Shown: positions 42,540 to 52,286 of the stretch, piece after piece | Position numbering within the stretch: the first letter of the stretch is position 1 | Layout of the letters: each line of letters opens with the position of its first letter | NCBI GenBank assembly: GCA_019057795.1 | Contig: JAHLWS010000070.1 | Span: forward strand, 128,001-192,000 | Reading direction: 5' to 3' | DNA from: Promethearchaeota archaeon | GTDB lineage: Archaea; Asgardarchaeota; Lokiarchaeia; Sigyniarchaeales; SOKP01 | Length of the DNA stretch: 64,000 bases | Notes under the pieces: model-generated | Database searches by the model: none | What the model saw: the letters and a program-made list of their open reading frames with translations, nothing else | Told to the model about the DNA's origin: nothing | Translations under genes and position numbers: made by a program

Positions 42540-43499
42540 TTATCTATTAAATTCTTTTAAATATTTGCAATATAAACATAGATTTGTATTTCCACATGGA
42601 TATCCACACTCTTCACAAGAATTATATTGTTTTGCTTTATAATGGTTATAAAATATTTCAGACGTTTCTAAAAAACCATTGAGTAAATTGAATTCTATTT
42701 CTGGGCTAAATTTTTTACATTCTAAAATAAAATCTAAAACTCTTTTCCTTAGAATTGGATCTTTTTCTCTGTAGGGGCAATGCGAGGGATAATAGTCAAA
42801 TTTTTTCAAGTTTGAATAAAGAAAGATTTCTTCTTCAGGAATTCTCATCAAAGGAGTAATTTTTCTTATGAAATACTTGCTAATTTCTTTACTCTCCCTT
42901 TTAAAGAGATATTGATTAGAGATTGTTCGAAATCTCTTAAATAAAATGTTCATAAGGTATGTTTCTGCGATATCTGTTAGGTTATGCCCCATTGCGAGAA
43001 CATCAGCGCCTAATTCTTTTGCTATTGCATTTAACAATCTTCTCCTAAATGTTGCACAATAATTGCAGGCATATTTATAATCTATAGATTTACTTTTTAA
43101 TTCTATAATCTCATCTAAAGTCTTTCCTGTTTTTTCTTTAAATGAAACAATCTTATGCTCAATTCCATATTTTTTACAAAATCTATTCGCATTCTTTATA
43201 CTTTCGCTCCTATAATCTTTGATACCCTCATCAACGGTTATAGCGATAATAGGTTGAGAGTGAAAATTATTTTCTTGAATTTTTTTAAGATTATACAGTA
43301 ATGCTATAGAATCCTTTCCGCCAGAAAGTCCCACAACAATTTTATCTCGAGGTTTTAGCATTTTGTATTTGGATATTGTCTTATAAATGTTTTTCTCTAT
43401 TCTTTTTGTGAAGCATTCAGTACAAATTAGTTCACCAGAATATTTTCTGTGGATTACTAATGCATTTTTATTACAATAATCACATGTACTTATTTTCAT
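42540..43499 (-). CDS. tRNA 2-thiolation protein (NcsA/TtuA/Ncs6 family)
   Basis: Terminal Zn fingers, SGGKDS PP-loop, CNYC..RR, GHNLTD.AET, CPY. Confidence 0.88.
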   Translation of the reverse strand: MKISTCDYCNKNALVIHRKYSGELICTECFTKRIEKNIYKTISKYKMLKPRDKIVVGLSGGKDSIALLYNLKKIQENNFHSQPIIAITVDEGIKDYRSESIKNANRFCKKYGIEHKIVSFKEKTGKTLDEIIELKSKSIDYKYACNYCATFRRRLLNAIAKELGADVLAMGHNLTDIAETYLMNILFKRFRTISNQYLFKRESKEISKYFIRKITPLMRIPEEEIFLYSNLKKFDYYPSHCPYREKDPILRKRVLDFILECKKFSPEIEFNLLNGFLETSEIFYNHYKAKQYNSCEECGYPCGNTNLCLYCKYLKEFNR

Positions 43500-43554
43500 A
43501 AGCACCTTATAACTATTTTCATGATTGCTTATGAAGATCACATCAACTAATTAA

Positions 43555-45348
43555 TTAAATCCAAAAAAGATCAAATCCAAATTTTATAAAAGATAATAGG
43601 AAATTACCAACTATAAGAATTAATGCGATAATTCTGATTGTATTCAATACAATACTTTTAATTCTTTTTTTGTCGTCATACAAATACTCGTAAGAGATTT
43701 CGAAAACAGTATTTTCTTTAAGTTTAGTATTTTCGGGCAAATTTACTAATACAGTATCTTTATATCCATCGCCTATTTTATCCACTAGTTCATAGTTATC
43801 TTCTCCTAAGATTATTTCACCATTTTGATCCTCTCTAAGATTATCTTTTAAGTATATTTTCACAGATTCTATTTTTTCCACACGATATTCGGTCAATTGA
43901 CATTCTGTATCAATTCCTTTATATATTAGCCTATCTTTTTTCTTCTTTTTAGATTTGTAATTTTCACCAAAAATCCAATCTACCAATTCTTTCACGAATC
44001 TATCTCCATCAAATATTGGTAAAGGCATCATGTTGAATAATGTTATACTAAATGCTATAATAAAAAGCCACATTATTTCCCTAAGCAAGAAATCTGGCCA
44101 GTTACCGGTAAAAAAATTTGCAAATTCGTTTAGATGCATCCAATAGTAAGTACTTTGAACCCCCACGAAGACACCTACAACCTCGACATCTAATATATAA
44201 TCAATCCCCAGTTCTGAAGTTAGGTTTATGGCTTTTAAAGTAAAACTTGTTAGTAAAATTTCTAATGTGTCGCCGTTGGATTTATTTATTGCAGTTCCAT
44301 TTACTTTTGTGATTAAAATGTCTGTTTCCGTATCACTGGAATCATTATAGGTAATTCGTAATCCCATACCGTTATCCGTATACTCATAACGGATTCCTAT
44401 ATCGTAACGAGGTCCTAAAGTAACATTTTTTTTAGAATAGGATTCACTAAAAGGGTTATAAGTTTTAAAAGTTAAATTATCTCCAATTGAAAAATTAATT
44501 CTAGTACTTTTATTTAATATAGAAGTAAGACTAATTCCTTGGTTTAAATCAAGGTTCAAAAAATTAGCATCTGGTTCACCTGAATTTTTAATAGCAATGA
44601 TAGCATCTCCAGCTTCAAGAGTCCCATTATTGAAGCCCCCATCTTGCGGTGTTAATACAGTATAAACCTGTGTGACTTGTACATAAAAAGGAGAAATTAA
44701 TGTTGGAAAACTAAGAATTAGCAAGAATGCTAAACCAGCAGTTAACGCATTTACATATGTTCCTGCTGCCGCTATTCTAAATCTTGTATTTCGATGGAAT
44801 TTTGACGATCTTAATTCTCTTTCATCAACTTCTACAAATGCACCAAATCCCACTAGGTAAAACAAGCCAACACCAAGTACACCAGTAGATTTAATTTCCA
44901 CTCCATCGATACTAGCTGAAATTCCGTGAGCAAATTCGTGGGTAGTCATAATAAATAATAATGGTAAAAATAAGTAAAATAAAATAGGTAGATCAATTGT
45001 AACTCCAGGGATGAGTAAAACAATAGCATTTTCAATACTTGGTTGAAATATTAAATTAATGATATTTATAAAAAAGAAATAGAAGCCAAAAATTATAAAA
45101 CCAAACGATACAAATATTCCAATATTCCAAAATATTCTCCACAATTTTGGTTTTCTTCTTGAAATGTTTATGATAAACTTATTTAGCTTTTTAGTTTTAA
45201 ATAACGCTAGTAATGGAAAAAATAAACTATATGCTTCTTTTTTATTTCTTAATAAAAAAACAAATACGATTACGATAATCCAAAAAGCTAAGGAAATGAT
45301 AAACCAAGGATTGAGTAAAAAATCTACAATAATATCGAGTAAAGTCAT
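43555..45348 (-). CDS. Site-2 protease (M50 intramembrane metalloprotease) with PDZ-like insert
   Basis: HEFAH, GAFVE, AAG..N, NMMPLPIFDG. Confidence 0.9.
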   Translation of the reverse strand: MTLLDIIVDFLLNPWFIISLAFWIIVIVFVFLLRNKKEAYSLFFPLLALFKTKKLNKFIINISRRKPKLWRIFWNIGIFVSFGFIIFGFYFFFINIINLIFQPSIENAIVLLIPGVTIDLPILFYLFLPLLFIMTTHEFAHGISASIDGVEIKSTGVLGVGLFYLVGFGAFVEVDERELRSSKFHRNTRFRIAAAGTYVNALTAGLAFLLILSFPTLISPFYVQVTQVYTVLTPQDGGFNNGTLEAGDAIIAIKNSGEPDANFLNLDLNQGISLTSILNKSTRINFSIGDNLTFKTYNPFSESYSKKNVTLGPRYDIGIRYEYTDNGMGLRITYNDSSDTETDILITKVNGTAINKSNGDTLEILLTSFTLKAINLTSELGIDYILDVEVVGVFVGVQSTYYWMHLNEFANFFTGNWPDFLLREIMWLFIIAFSITLFNMMPLPIFDGDRFVKELVDWIFGENYKSKKKKKDRLIYKGIDTECQLTEYRVEKIESVKIYLKDNLREDQNGEIILGEDNYELVDKIGDGYKDTVLVNLPENTKLKENTVFEISYEYLYDDKKRIKSIVLNTIRIIALILIVGNFLLSFIKFGFDLFWI

Positions 45349-45452
45349 ATAAGTTTTTTGAGCTTTAGTTTATCGAATATCAAGGTTAATTAAGAATAAA
45401 AATTAAGTTTATTCTTTTTGCTGAAATAAGGCAATTTTCTTTTAATGAGTAA

Positions 45453-46196
45453 TTAAGGAATTAAATTATTTTTTTTTAAAAACCAATTATTAATCAAGAA
45501 TTTTTGAGAAAGGTTCTTTCGAGGAAGATAATGATTATTAATAGTAGATTTCGGCACCCACATCTCCTTATTATTGAATTCAATTAAAATAGCCTTTTCT
45601 GTTTCTCCCAAGATTATTCCATCGACATTACTCAAGTCTTTTAGGATATCTCCTCGAAGTGCTATGCCAGAAAAAAGGTCGTTTTTATAACAATTAGATT
45701 CGTCATTAATTTCTTCAATTTTATTCCTATTACGAAGTTCCTCTTGTTTGAGTTTAATTACTTTATTTTCGTTGCTAGTTCTAGTTCTTTTTGGTATCGT
45801 CGAATAAACTATTTTTTCCTTAAGTAAATGAATCAATAATAACCTTAAAATTTCCGTTTGAGCAAGATTAAGCATTTTAGAATAAGTTCCAATATTAATC
45901 CACAATATGTTTGCATCTTCATCTTCCCAACTAAAAGATAACGAAGTTTTCTTATCCTTGTAAATATGATGACTTTGCCAATTTAGAGTTTGACGATTTA
46001 ATACTCGCAAGATCATAACGATCTCTTCTAACGAAATTTTAATTATTTTACCTTCATTGGTAGAGGGTTTTTCCCAAATTCCATCAGGTTTTTTTTTAAT
46101 GCAATGGATAAAAATAAAGGGGTCTAAGCTCGAGGGACTACTCACTATCATCCCGGTGTTCTGTCCGAAAAAGCTTTTTGAATGTGAATCCACCAT
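45453..46196 (-). CDS. Hypothetical protein, possible Whirly/PC4-like N-domain plus small C-terminal beta domain
   Basis: Duplicated strands-then-helix pattern; ETEKAILI...W.PKS tail. Confidence 0.7.
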   Translation of the reverse strand: MVDSHSKSFFGQNTGMIVSSPSSLDPFIFIHCIKKKPDGIWEKPSTNEGKIIKISLEEIVMILRVLNRQTLNWQSHHIYKDKKTSLSFSWEDEDANILWINIGTYSKMLNLAQTEILRLLLIHLLKEKIVYSTIPKRTRTSNENKVIKLKQEELRNRNKIEEINDESNCYKNDLFSGIALRGDILKDLSNVDGIILGETEKAILIEFNNKEMWVPKSTINNHYLPRKNLSQKFLINNWFLKKNNLIP

Positions 46197-46351
46197 TTTT
46201 TTAAAGAGTTGTGTTTATTTTAAATAATTGTAAGATAATATATTTTGAACTAAAAAAATACCACTAATCTCCATAAAAATGATAAAAAATTAAAAGATAA
46301 AATAATTATATGATCTATAAAAAAGAGTTATTCTCGTAAGAAAAAAACCTT

Positions 46352-46458
46352 AGCGGGGTGGGCTAGCCTGGTTTATGCCGCAGGGCTCATAACCCTGAGA
46401 ACACTGGTTCAAAAGATTTTGATTGATTTACAACAATCTGAGATTCCAGTCCCCGCTA
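46352..46458 (+). tRNA. Initiator tRNA-Met(CAU) with 31-nt T-loop intron (46414..46444)
   Basis: AGCGGGG/CCCCGCT (A1-U72), CAGGG-CTCATAA-CCCTG with three G-C pairs, T-stem ACTGG/CCAGT; BHB TTCA/TGAG with bulges AAA/ATT. Confidence 0.93.
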
Positions 46459-46626
46459 TTTTATTTCATTTTTTATCTTAAATTGATAAAATCCTTAAAA
46501 ATGTAAAATGAATTAAAATAAAGAGAAAATTAATTATATTTAACAATTAATAATCACGCCTATATTTCATAAAATTTGTTAATATAGTAATCGATTGTAT
46601 AATAGAAATTTCACATGAGTTAAATT

Positions 46627-47355
46627 ATGAATGGAACTCAATCTTATGAGTTTTTTCCAGCAATTCGTTGTTGGGTTAAACATCTTTTAGAAGGGAAGTA
46701 TAACGCTGAAGAAAAGTCAATATTCACGATCTTTGGAGCTCTTAGAAAAATTCGACTTGTCGCAACAATTACTAATAGAGAAGATTTCGTTAGTAATACA
46801 TCAACAGGGGAATTAAGCACCAATTTAAGATTCGAACTGGATGATGGAACGGGTTTAATCTCTGCTGTCAAGTGGGATGTTGATTTAGATAAATATAACG
46901 ATTTAAATCAAGGAGATATTGTAGATATTTTAGGAAGAGTGGGTTTTTATGGTGATACCGTTCAAATTAGTAATATCAAATTGATAAAAAAAGTGAAAGA
47001 TCCAAATTATATCTTACTACGAGACTCTGAAATAATAAAAAAAATTAAATCTGGAGATATCCACGAGATTCCTATTGATTTTGAAACGGAGGAAGAATTC
47101 TCTTTTGATAATACTTCTGATGAAATTCGTATAGACAAAATATTTGGAGAAGATCAGCCTTCAGAAGTTGATAAACTTAAAGAAAAGATTTTTTCGATAA
47201 TATATGAATATTCTCAAGACGGAAATGGTATAAGTCTAAAAGAATTACAATTAAAGTTGCAGATTCCCGAAAATAAACTGAGGACCTATATTAACGATTT
47301 AGTGATGGAATCAAGAATTTATCCAACAGAAGAAAATATATATCAAAGTTACTAA
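46627..47355 (+). CDS. RPA32-like OB-fold + winged-helix protein
   Basis: IRLVATI, FELDDGTG, GDIVDILG, acidic linker, C-terminal wH (INDLVMESRIY). Confidence 0.8.
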   Translation: MNGTQSYEFFPAIRCWVKHLLEGKYNAEEKSIFTIFGALRKIRLVATITNREDFVSNTSTGELSTNLRFELDDGTGLISAVKWDVDLDKYNDLNQGDIVDILGRVGFYGDTVQISNIKLIKKVKDPNYILLRDSEIIKKIKSGDIHEIPIDFETEEEFSFDNTSDEIRIDKIFGEDQPSEVDKLKEKIFSIIYEYSQDGNGISLKELQLKLQIPENKLRTYINDLVMESRIYPTEENIYQSY

Positions 47356-47480
47356 AAACAATTCTAAATAGAAGCGATTTTTTTGAATTTTCTTTTCAAA
47401 TAATTTTTCAAAATCGATAAATTATTTTTGTTAGAATGATTAATACATTTAGTAGAAAAAGTAAAAAAAGGTAAACTAAA

Positions 47481-47888
47481 ATGGATATAAACAATTATCA
47501 AGAATTATTAGACAAGGGATATGAAAATATCCCCGAAAATGTAAAGAAATTGTCTAGATTTGAAATACCAAAAGTTCAGATAAGAATAGAAGCTAAGAAT
47601 ACTTATATTACAAATTTCAATAAAATTATCAATACTTTAAATCGCGATCGAAAACATTTCATTGTTGAGTTTTTAAAAAAAGTAGGGACAATGGGAGAAA
47701 TGAGGGGACAACATCTATTTTTAAAAGGAGTTTATAAAGAACAAGTTTTAAATCGGTTAATTGAATTATATTCTAAAACATATGTATTATGCAATATTTG
47801 TAATAAACCTGATACAGAAATTCAAAGAGAAGGGAAAAAAAAATTTCTTAAATGCACCGCTTGCGGCGCACATGAAGAAATAAAATAA
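47481..47888 (+). CDS. eif2b: Translation initiation factor 2 beta subunit
   Basis: RFEIP, NF..I...LNRD, YVLCNICNKPDT, CTACGA. Confidence 0.93.
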   Translation: MDINNYQELLDKGYENIPENVKKLSRFEIPKVQIRIEAKNTYITNFNKIINTLNRDRKHFIVEFLKKVGTMGEMRGQHLFLKGVYKEQVLNRLIELYSKTYVLCNICNKPDTEIQREGKKKFLKCTACGAHEEIK

Positions 47889-47915
47889 AAATAAAAATAG
47901 TTTAATGATTGCCAG

Positions 47916-48212
47916 ATGAGAGTATATCTTAAAATCCATCGTCGAAATGGTATCGATACGGTTGCATGTTGCGATGAGTTGTTATTAAGCCAAATTTTTA
48001 TTGAGGGCAATTTGAAAATTGAAATTAACGATCGCTTTTTTGGGGGCGATCTTCTAAACATAGATAAGGCAGGAGATTTGTTAAAAAGGGCGTCGTACTT
48101 TAATATAGTGGGTGAAAATATAATCAATAAGGCAATTGCCCTTAAAATCCTTTCTAAAGAAGGAGTTAAAAAAATTAATAATATTCCAATGGCAATAAAA
48201 ATGATGTTTTAA
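47916..48212 (+). CDS. DUF424-family protein
   Basis: VACCDELLL, FFGG, NIVGE, I.NIP. Confidence 0.88.
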   Translation: MRVYLKIHRRNGIDTVACCDELLLSQIFIEGNLKIEINDRFFGGDLLNIDKAGDLLKRASYFNIVGENIINKAIALKILSKEGVKKINNIPMAIKMMF

Positions 48213-49129
48213 TGCCTCATAGATTTTGTGCAATATGTGGAAAGGCTCTAGAAGAAAAAGCGCCTTATTTTGGTATGTGCCTTAACTGTTTTTTAAAAGA
48301 AAATCCATTATTCGAATTGCCAAAAAGTATCAGTTTTAAAATGTGTAGCGATTGCAGGAAATATTCAAAAAAAGAAGAATGGATTGAACCTGTTGAAAAT
48401 GAACTATTTCCTATTATAGAAGAGGTAATATCTCGATTTTTATTAAAATCTTATTTAAAACAAGATTTAATCACCTTTTCATTCTCATTTGAAGAATTAA
48501 TGTTTACTCATAAAGATTTGTTATCTTCTTTTGATCTTACAATTACAGGAATTTTGAGAGAAGATCATAAAATAACTCATCAACAAACGATAAAAGTCAA
48601 AATAAATTACGAATTATGTAAAAATTGCTCTAATTTAAGAGGGGGAATGTATTTTTTATCAATTATTCAATTACGGGTAAAAAATGAGAATCAATTTGAG
48701 ATTATTAATAAAGTTTTGGATGATATCCTTTATCTTGTAGAGAATATCTTTAAAAAAGACGATAAACAATATATTTCAAAAATGGAAGATCAAAAACTTG
48801 GTGTGGATTTGTATTTAAGTACGAATGAGTTAATGAAACACATAGTTTCACATTTAAAGTCAAAATATAATTTTATTTTAAAAAGAACAAAAAAGCTAGT
48901 AGGGAGAGATGCTCAAAAGGGAAGAAATCTCTATAGATTAAAAACACTTATAAAATTTTTACCAATTAAAAAAAATGACTATATTTTTATAAACAAATCC
49001 AAATATTTTGTAGAGAATATTACCAAAAATAGGGTTTTGTTAAGAGATGAAAACCATGTTAAACTCATAAAAAACTTTTCTTTTTTTGATGGTAAAAAAT
49101 CGTTTAAAAGGATTATGGATGGGGATTAA
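48212..49129 (+). CDS. nmd3: NMD3-family large-subunit maturation protein
   Basis: CxxC pairs, CKNC...IIQLR, GVDLY, LVGRD..GR.LYR; TAATG overlap with DUF424 gene. Confidence 0.88.
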   Translation: MPHRFCAICGKALEEKAPYFGMCLNCFLKENPLFELPKSISFKMCSDCRKYSKKEEWIEPVENELFPIIEEVISRFLLKSYLKQDLITFSFSFEELMFTHKDLLSSFDLTITGILREDHKITHQQTIKVKINYELCKNCSNLRGGMYFLSIIQLRVKNENQFEIINKVLDDILYLVENIFKKDDKQYISKMEDQKLGVDLYLSTNELMKHIVSHLKSKYNFILKRTKKLVGRDAQKGRNLYRLKTLIKFLPIKKNDYIFINKSKYFVENITKNRVLLRDENHVKLIKNFSFFDGKKSFKRIMDGD

Positions 49130-49993
49130 GTGGAGAAAAAAAACAATGGTTTTATTGATGAAGATGAGGAAGAACTTAAAAAACAAATTTCAAATGATAA
49201 TTTTAATAAAAAATTTAATACAAGATTAGATGATTTGGAAAAAAAGAGGATTGATTCAATAAGAATTAAAAAAATTGATCAAACTAAAAAAAGAGCCACT
49301 GTAGATTCTGTTTTTGATGAAAGAATGTATTTACATATAAATAAATTATTAAAAACTGGACATTTAAACCGAATTGAAGGGATAATTTCTGCAGGTAAGG
49401 AAGCAAATGTTTACCTTGCTTACGGTGAAAATAATCGCGAAGTTGCGATAAAGATTTATAAGATTGATAGTAATACATCAAGATGGATGAGAAATTATAT
49501 TATAGGAGATCCTAGATTTAAAAAAATACCACATAATATATCAAAAATTATATATTTATGGGCAAGTAAAGAGTTTAAAAATCTTAAAAGGGCATATAAA
49601 GCTGGTTTGAGCGTACCTGAGCCTATCTATATAAAAAACAATATTTTAATCATGGAATATATTGGTTTTGGACCAATTCCTGCACCAAAACTTAAAGATA
49701 TAAAGTTTCCAAAGGAACCTATTAACCTATTAAATGAAGTTCTTGGTTTTATTAAAAGCTTATATCAAAATGCAAACTTAGTTCATGGTGATTTATCCGA
49801 ATTTAATATTTTATATCATAATCAAAAACCAATTGTAATTGACATCTCACAAGCAGTCACTACATATCATCCAAAAGCAGAAGTTTATTTAGTGAGAGAT
49901 ATTAAGAACATTTTTAATTATTTTGAAAAAATTGGAGTTGAAATTCCTAATCCAGAGGATTTTTATTACGAAGTTATAAATTTAGATAAATAA
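49130..49993 (+). CDS. rio1: RIO-type serine/threonine kinase Rio1
   Basis: VFD, SAGKEANVY, YIIGDPRF, WASKEFKNL, HGDLSEFN, IDISQAV. Confidence 0.95.
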   Translation: MEKKNNGFIDEDEEELKKQISNDNFNKKFNTRLDDLEKKRIDSIRIKKIDQTKKRATVDSVFDERMYLHINKLLKTGHLNRIEGIISAGKEANVYLAYGENNREVAIKIYKIDSNTSRWMRNYIIGDPRFKKIPHNISKIIYLWASKEFKNLKRAYKAGLSVPEPIYIKNNILIMEYIGFGPIPAPKLKDIKFPKEPINLLNEVLGFIKSLYQNANLVHGDLSEFNILYHNQKPIVIDISQAVTTYHPKAEVYLVRDIKNIFNYFEKIGVEIPNPEDFYYEVINLDK

Positions 49994-50039
49994 AAAAATA
50001 AACATTCATTATCGAAGGTACTAAAGTTAAAATAGAATT

Positions 50040-50597
50040 ATGAAAATAGGAAAAAATAGAATTGCGGTAATAATTGGAAAAAACGGTGAAACTAAACGAG
50101 AAATTGAAGAGTCACTGGGAGTTAAGATTAATTTGGACAGTGAATCTGGAGATTGCGAAGTGAGGCCTGTTATAGGGCACCCAAAATATAATCCCCTTAA
50201 TATCTTTATTACTCAAAAAATTATTAATGCTATAAACAGGGGATTTAACCCAATTAAAGCTATGAAGCTTCTAGACGAAACTTTTGACATAGAAGTTTTT
50301 AATTTGTATAGCATATTAGGAAAATCTGAGAAGAAAATAAAAAGATTAAAGGGGAGGATTATTGGTAGGAATGGTGAAATGAGAAAAGCAATCGAAAGAT
50401 TTGCCGAGAGCCATGTATCTGTCTATGGAAAAACAGTCTCAATCATTTCCGATTATGAGAATTTACAAATCGCAAGAAAAGCAGTAAGTATGATATTGAG
50501 TGGGATGCCTCATCACTCGGTACTAAAGTATTTAGAAAATAAATACAACGATAAAAAGAAGGAAGAATTTAAAAAATTATATAAGCCTCAATTCTAA
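50040..50597 (+). CDS. KH-domain ribosome biogenesis protein Dim2/Pno1
   Basis: RIAVIIGKNG, GF.P..A..LL, RLKGRIIGRNG, HVSVYGKTV; follows rio1. Confidence 0.9.
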   Translation: MKIGKNRIAVIIGKNGETKREIEESLGVKINLDSESGDCEVRPVIGHPKYNPLNIFITQKIINAINRGFNPIKAMKLLDETFDIEVFNLYSILGKSEKKIKRLKGRIIGRNGEMRKAIERFAESHVSVYGKTVSIISDYENLQIARKAVSMILSGMPHHSVLKYLENKYNDKKKEEFKKLYKPQF

Positions 50598-50663
50598 TTA
50601 GCGTTTTTGGCTTTCTTTATATTCGGATGTTTGTTTCGCATTGAGTTGAAATAGTTATGAACC

Positions 50664-51017
50664 TTAGTCTAACAATTTCTTGATATTTCCTAAAATATCT
50701 TTTCCATATATAATTTGCTTAATTTCACTTAATAGATTAGAAATGGAGTAAATACTTTCATTAACATAAAGCTCCTTATAAGAATCATTTTTAGTTTTAT
50801 CAAAATTTATCTCAAAACTTTTAATCGAAAAACTTTCCTTGTTGTAAGGTTTGAAAACCACTATACATCGAGGATACATGCTCTTTTCTCTTAGGTAGAC
50901 AGCCCATCCTTCATAAAAATATTTTACCTTGATAGAAAATAAATTTTCCCACGCAAATAGACTTTTTAAAACTGTACTTACTTCTCTTTGAGTTTTAGAG
51001 CAATATTTTGGATCCAT
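50664..51017 (-). CDS. Hypothetical protein downstream of ftsZ
   Basis: 117-aa ATG ORF. Confidence 0.65.
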   Translation of the reverse strand: MDPKYCSKTQREVSTVLKSLFAWENLFSIKVKYFYEGWAVYLREKSMYPRCIVVFKPYNKESFSIKSFEINFDKTKNDSYKELYVNESIYSISNLLSEIKQIIYGKDILGNIKKLLD

Positions 51018-51064
51018 ATAATTAATTAAAGAAATGAATTTAAAAAGGAGTAGTAAAAATTACA

Positions 51065-52171
51065 TTAATCAAAAGCAAGTTCACCGATGTTAAAAATATC
51101 ATTTGATAATCCAATTTTTTTATTAGATATGTTCTTGTTACTAAATGATTGAACGGGTGATATATTTTTTCCAAAAATCTGCGGTGATTTAATACCAGTT
51201 ATAAGGAGCATAACTCTTAAATACCCCTCGTACTCATCGTTTACTCGGGCACCCCAGATTACCATCGCATTGTTCACATCCATTTTTTCAGAAATTTTTT
51301 TTGCTACAGAATTTGCTTCTGCGAGGGTCATATCGTTCCCTCCACAAATATGAATTAAAGCACCCTTTGCGCCGTCAATAGATACATCTAGTAATGGTGA
51401 GTTGAGAGCGTCTTCAATGGCCTCTTCTACACGGTTACCTTTATTGCCGGATTCACCCACTCCCACAATTGCTACTCCTCCCGTACTTAAAATGGTCCTA
51501 ACATCAGCAAAGTCTAAATTAATTAGTGAAGGTAAAGAAATTGTTTCAGTTATTCCCTTTACCATCGTTGCTAAAACTTCATCTGCGACGCTAAACGCCT
51601 CTATGATCGGTAAATCTGGAGCAATGTCTAAAAGGCGATTATTATCGATTACTACTAGTGTATCCGCGTATTTCTTTAATTCATTAAGTCCCATTTGAGC
51701 TTTTTCTATTCGTCCTATTTCAGTATCAAACGGTAATGTGACTACGCCTACAACTATTGCCCCTTCAAGTTTAGCTATTTCAGCGACTATAGGTGCGCTT
51801 CCGGTCCCAGTCCCCCCACCTTCTCCACAGGTAATAAAGACTAAATTAGCTTCTCTTAGTATCTTTGTTAAATCTTCACGAGATTCTTCTGCTGCTGCTC
51901 TACCAATGTCGGGATTACCACCTGCACCTAAGCCTCGTGTTAAATTTTTACCAATTAACAATTTTATGTGGGACTCAACGCTTTCTAAATGTTGGAGATC
52001 TGTATTTACCGCCACACATTTAGCTCCTTTTATTCCTATTTTCATTAACCGATTAATGGTGTTGTTTCCAGCTCCTCCGCATCCAACAATTTTTATATTA
52101 GCGTAACCAAAATTTTCACGAGTTGGTCTGATTACTTCTCTCTTTCGAGCATTTCTTATTAGAGATTCCAT
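51065..52171 (-). CDS. ftsZ: Cell division protein FtsZ
   Basis: GCGGAGNN, NTD, GLGAGG.P..G, GGGTGTG, NLDFADV, IWGAR. Confidence 0.97.
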   Translation of the reverse strand: MESLIRNARKREVIRPTRENFGYANIKIVGCGGAGNNTINRLMKIGIKGAKCVAVNTDLQHLESVESHIKLLIGKNLTRGLGAGGNPDIGRAAAEESREDLTKILREANLVFITCGEGGGTGTGSAPIVAEIAKLEGAIVVGVVTLPFDTEIGRIEKAQMGLNELKKYADTLVVIDNNRLLDIAPDLPIIEAFSVADEVLATMVKGITETISLPSLINLDFADVRTILSTGGVAIVGVGESGNKGNRVEEAIEDALNSPLLDVSIDGAKGALIHICGGNDMTLAEANSVAKKISEKMDVNNAMVIWGARVNDEYEGYLRVMLLITGIKSPQIFGKNISPVQSFSNKNISNKKIGLSNDIFNIGELAFD

Positions 52172-52286
52172 TAAAAAACAACAGATTGTTTTGTATGTGT
52201 TATAGAAATAATATAAATGAAATTTTAGAATTAATATAATATGCTCATATTATTTGCAAATTACAAAAAAGAACAATTTTAAATTA

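Noticed and set aside
51065-52171. Asgard tubulin or CetZ
   Set aside because: GAGG.P..G, NLDFADV and IWGAR are FtsZ-type motifs
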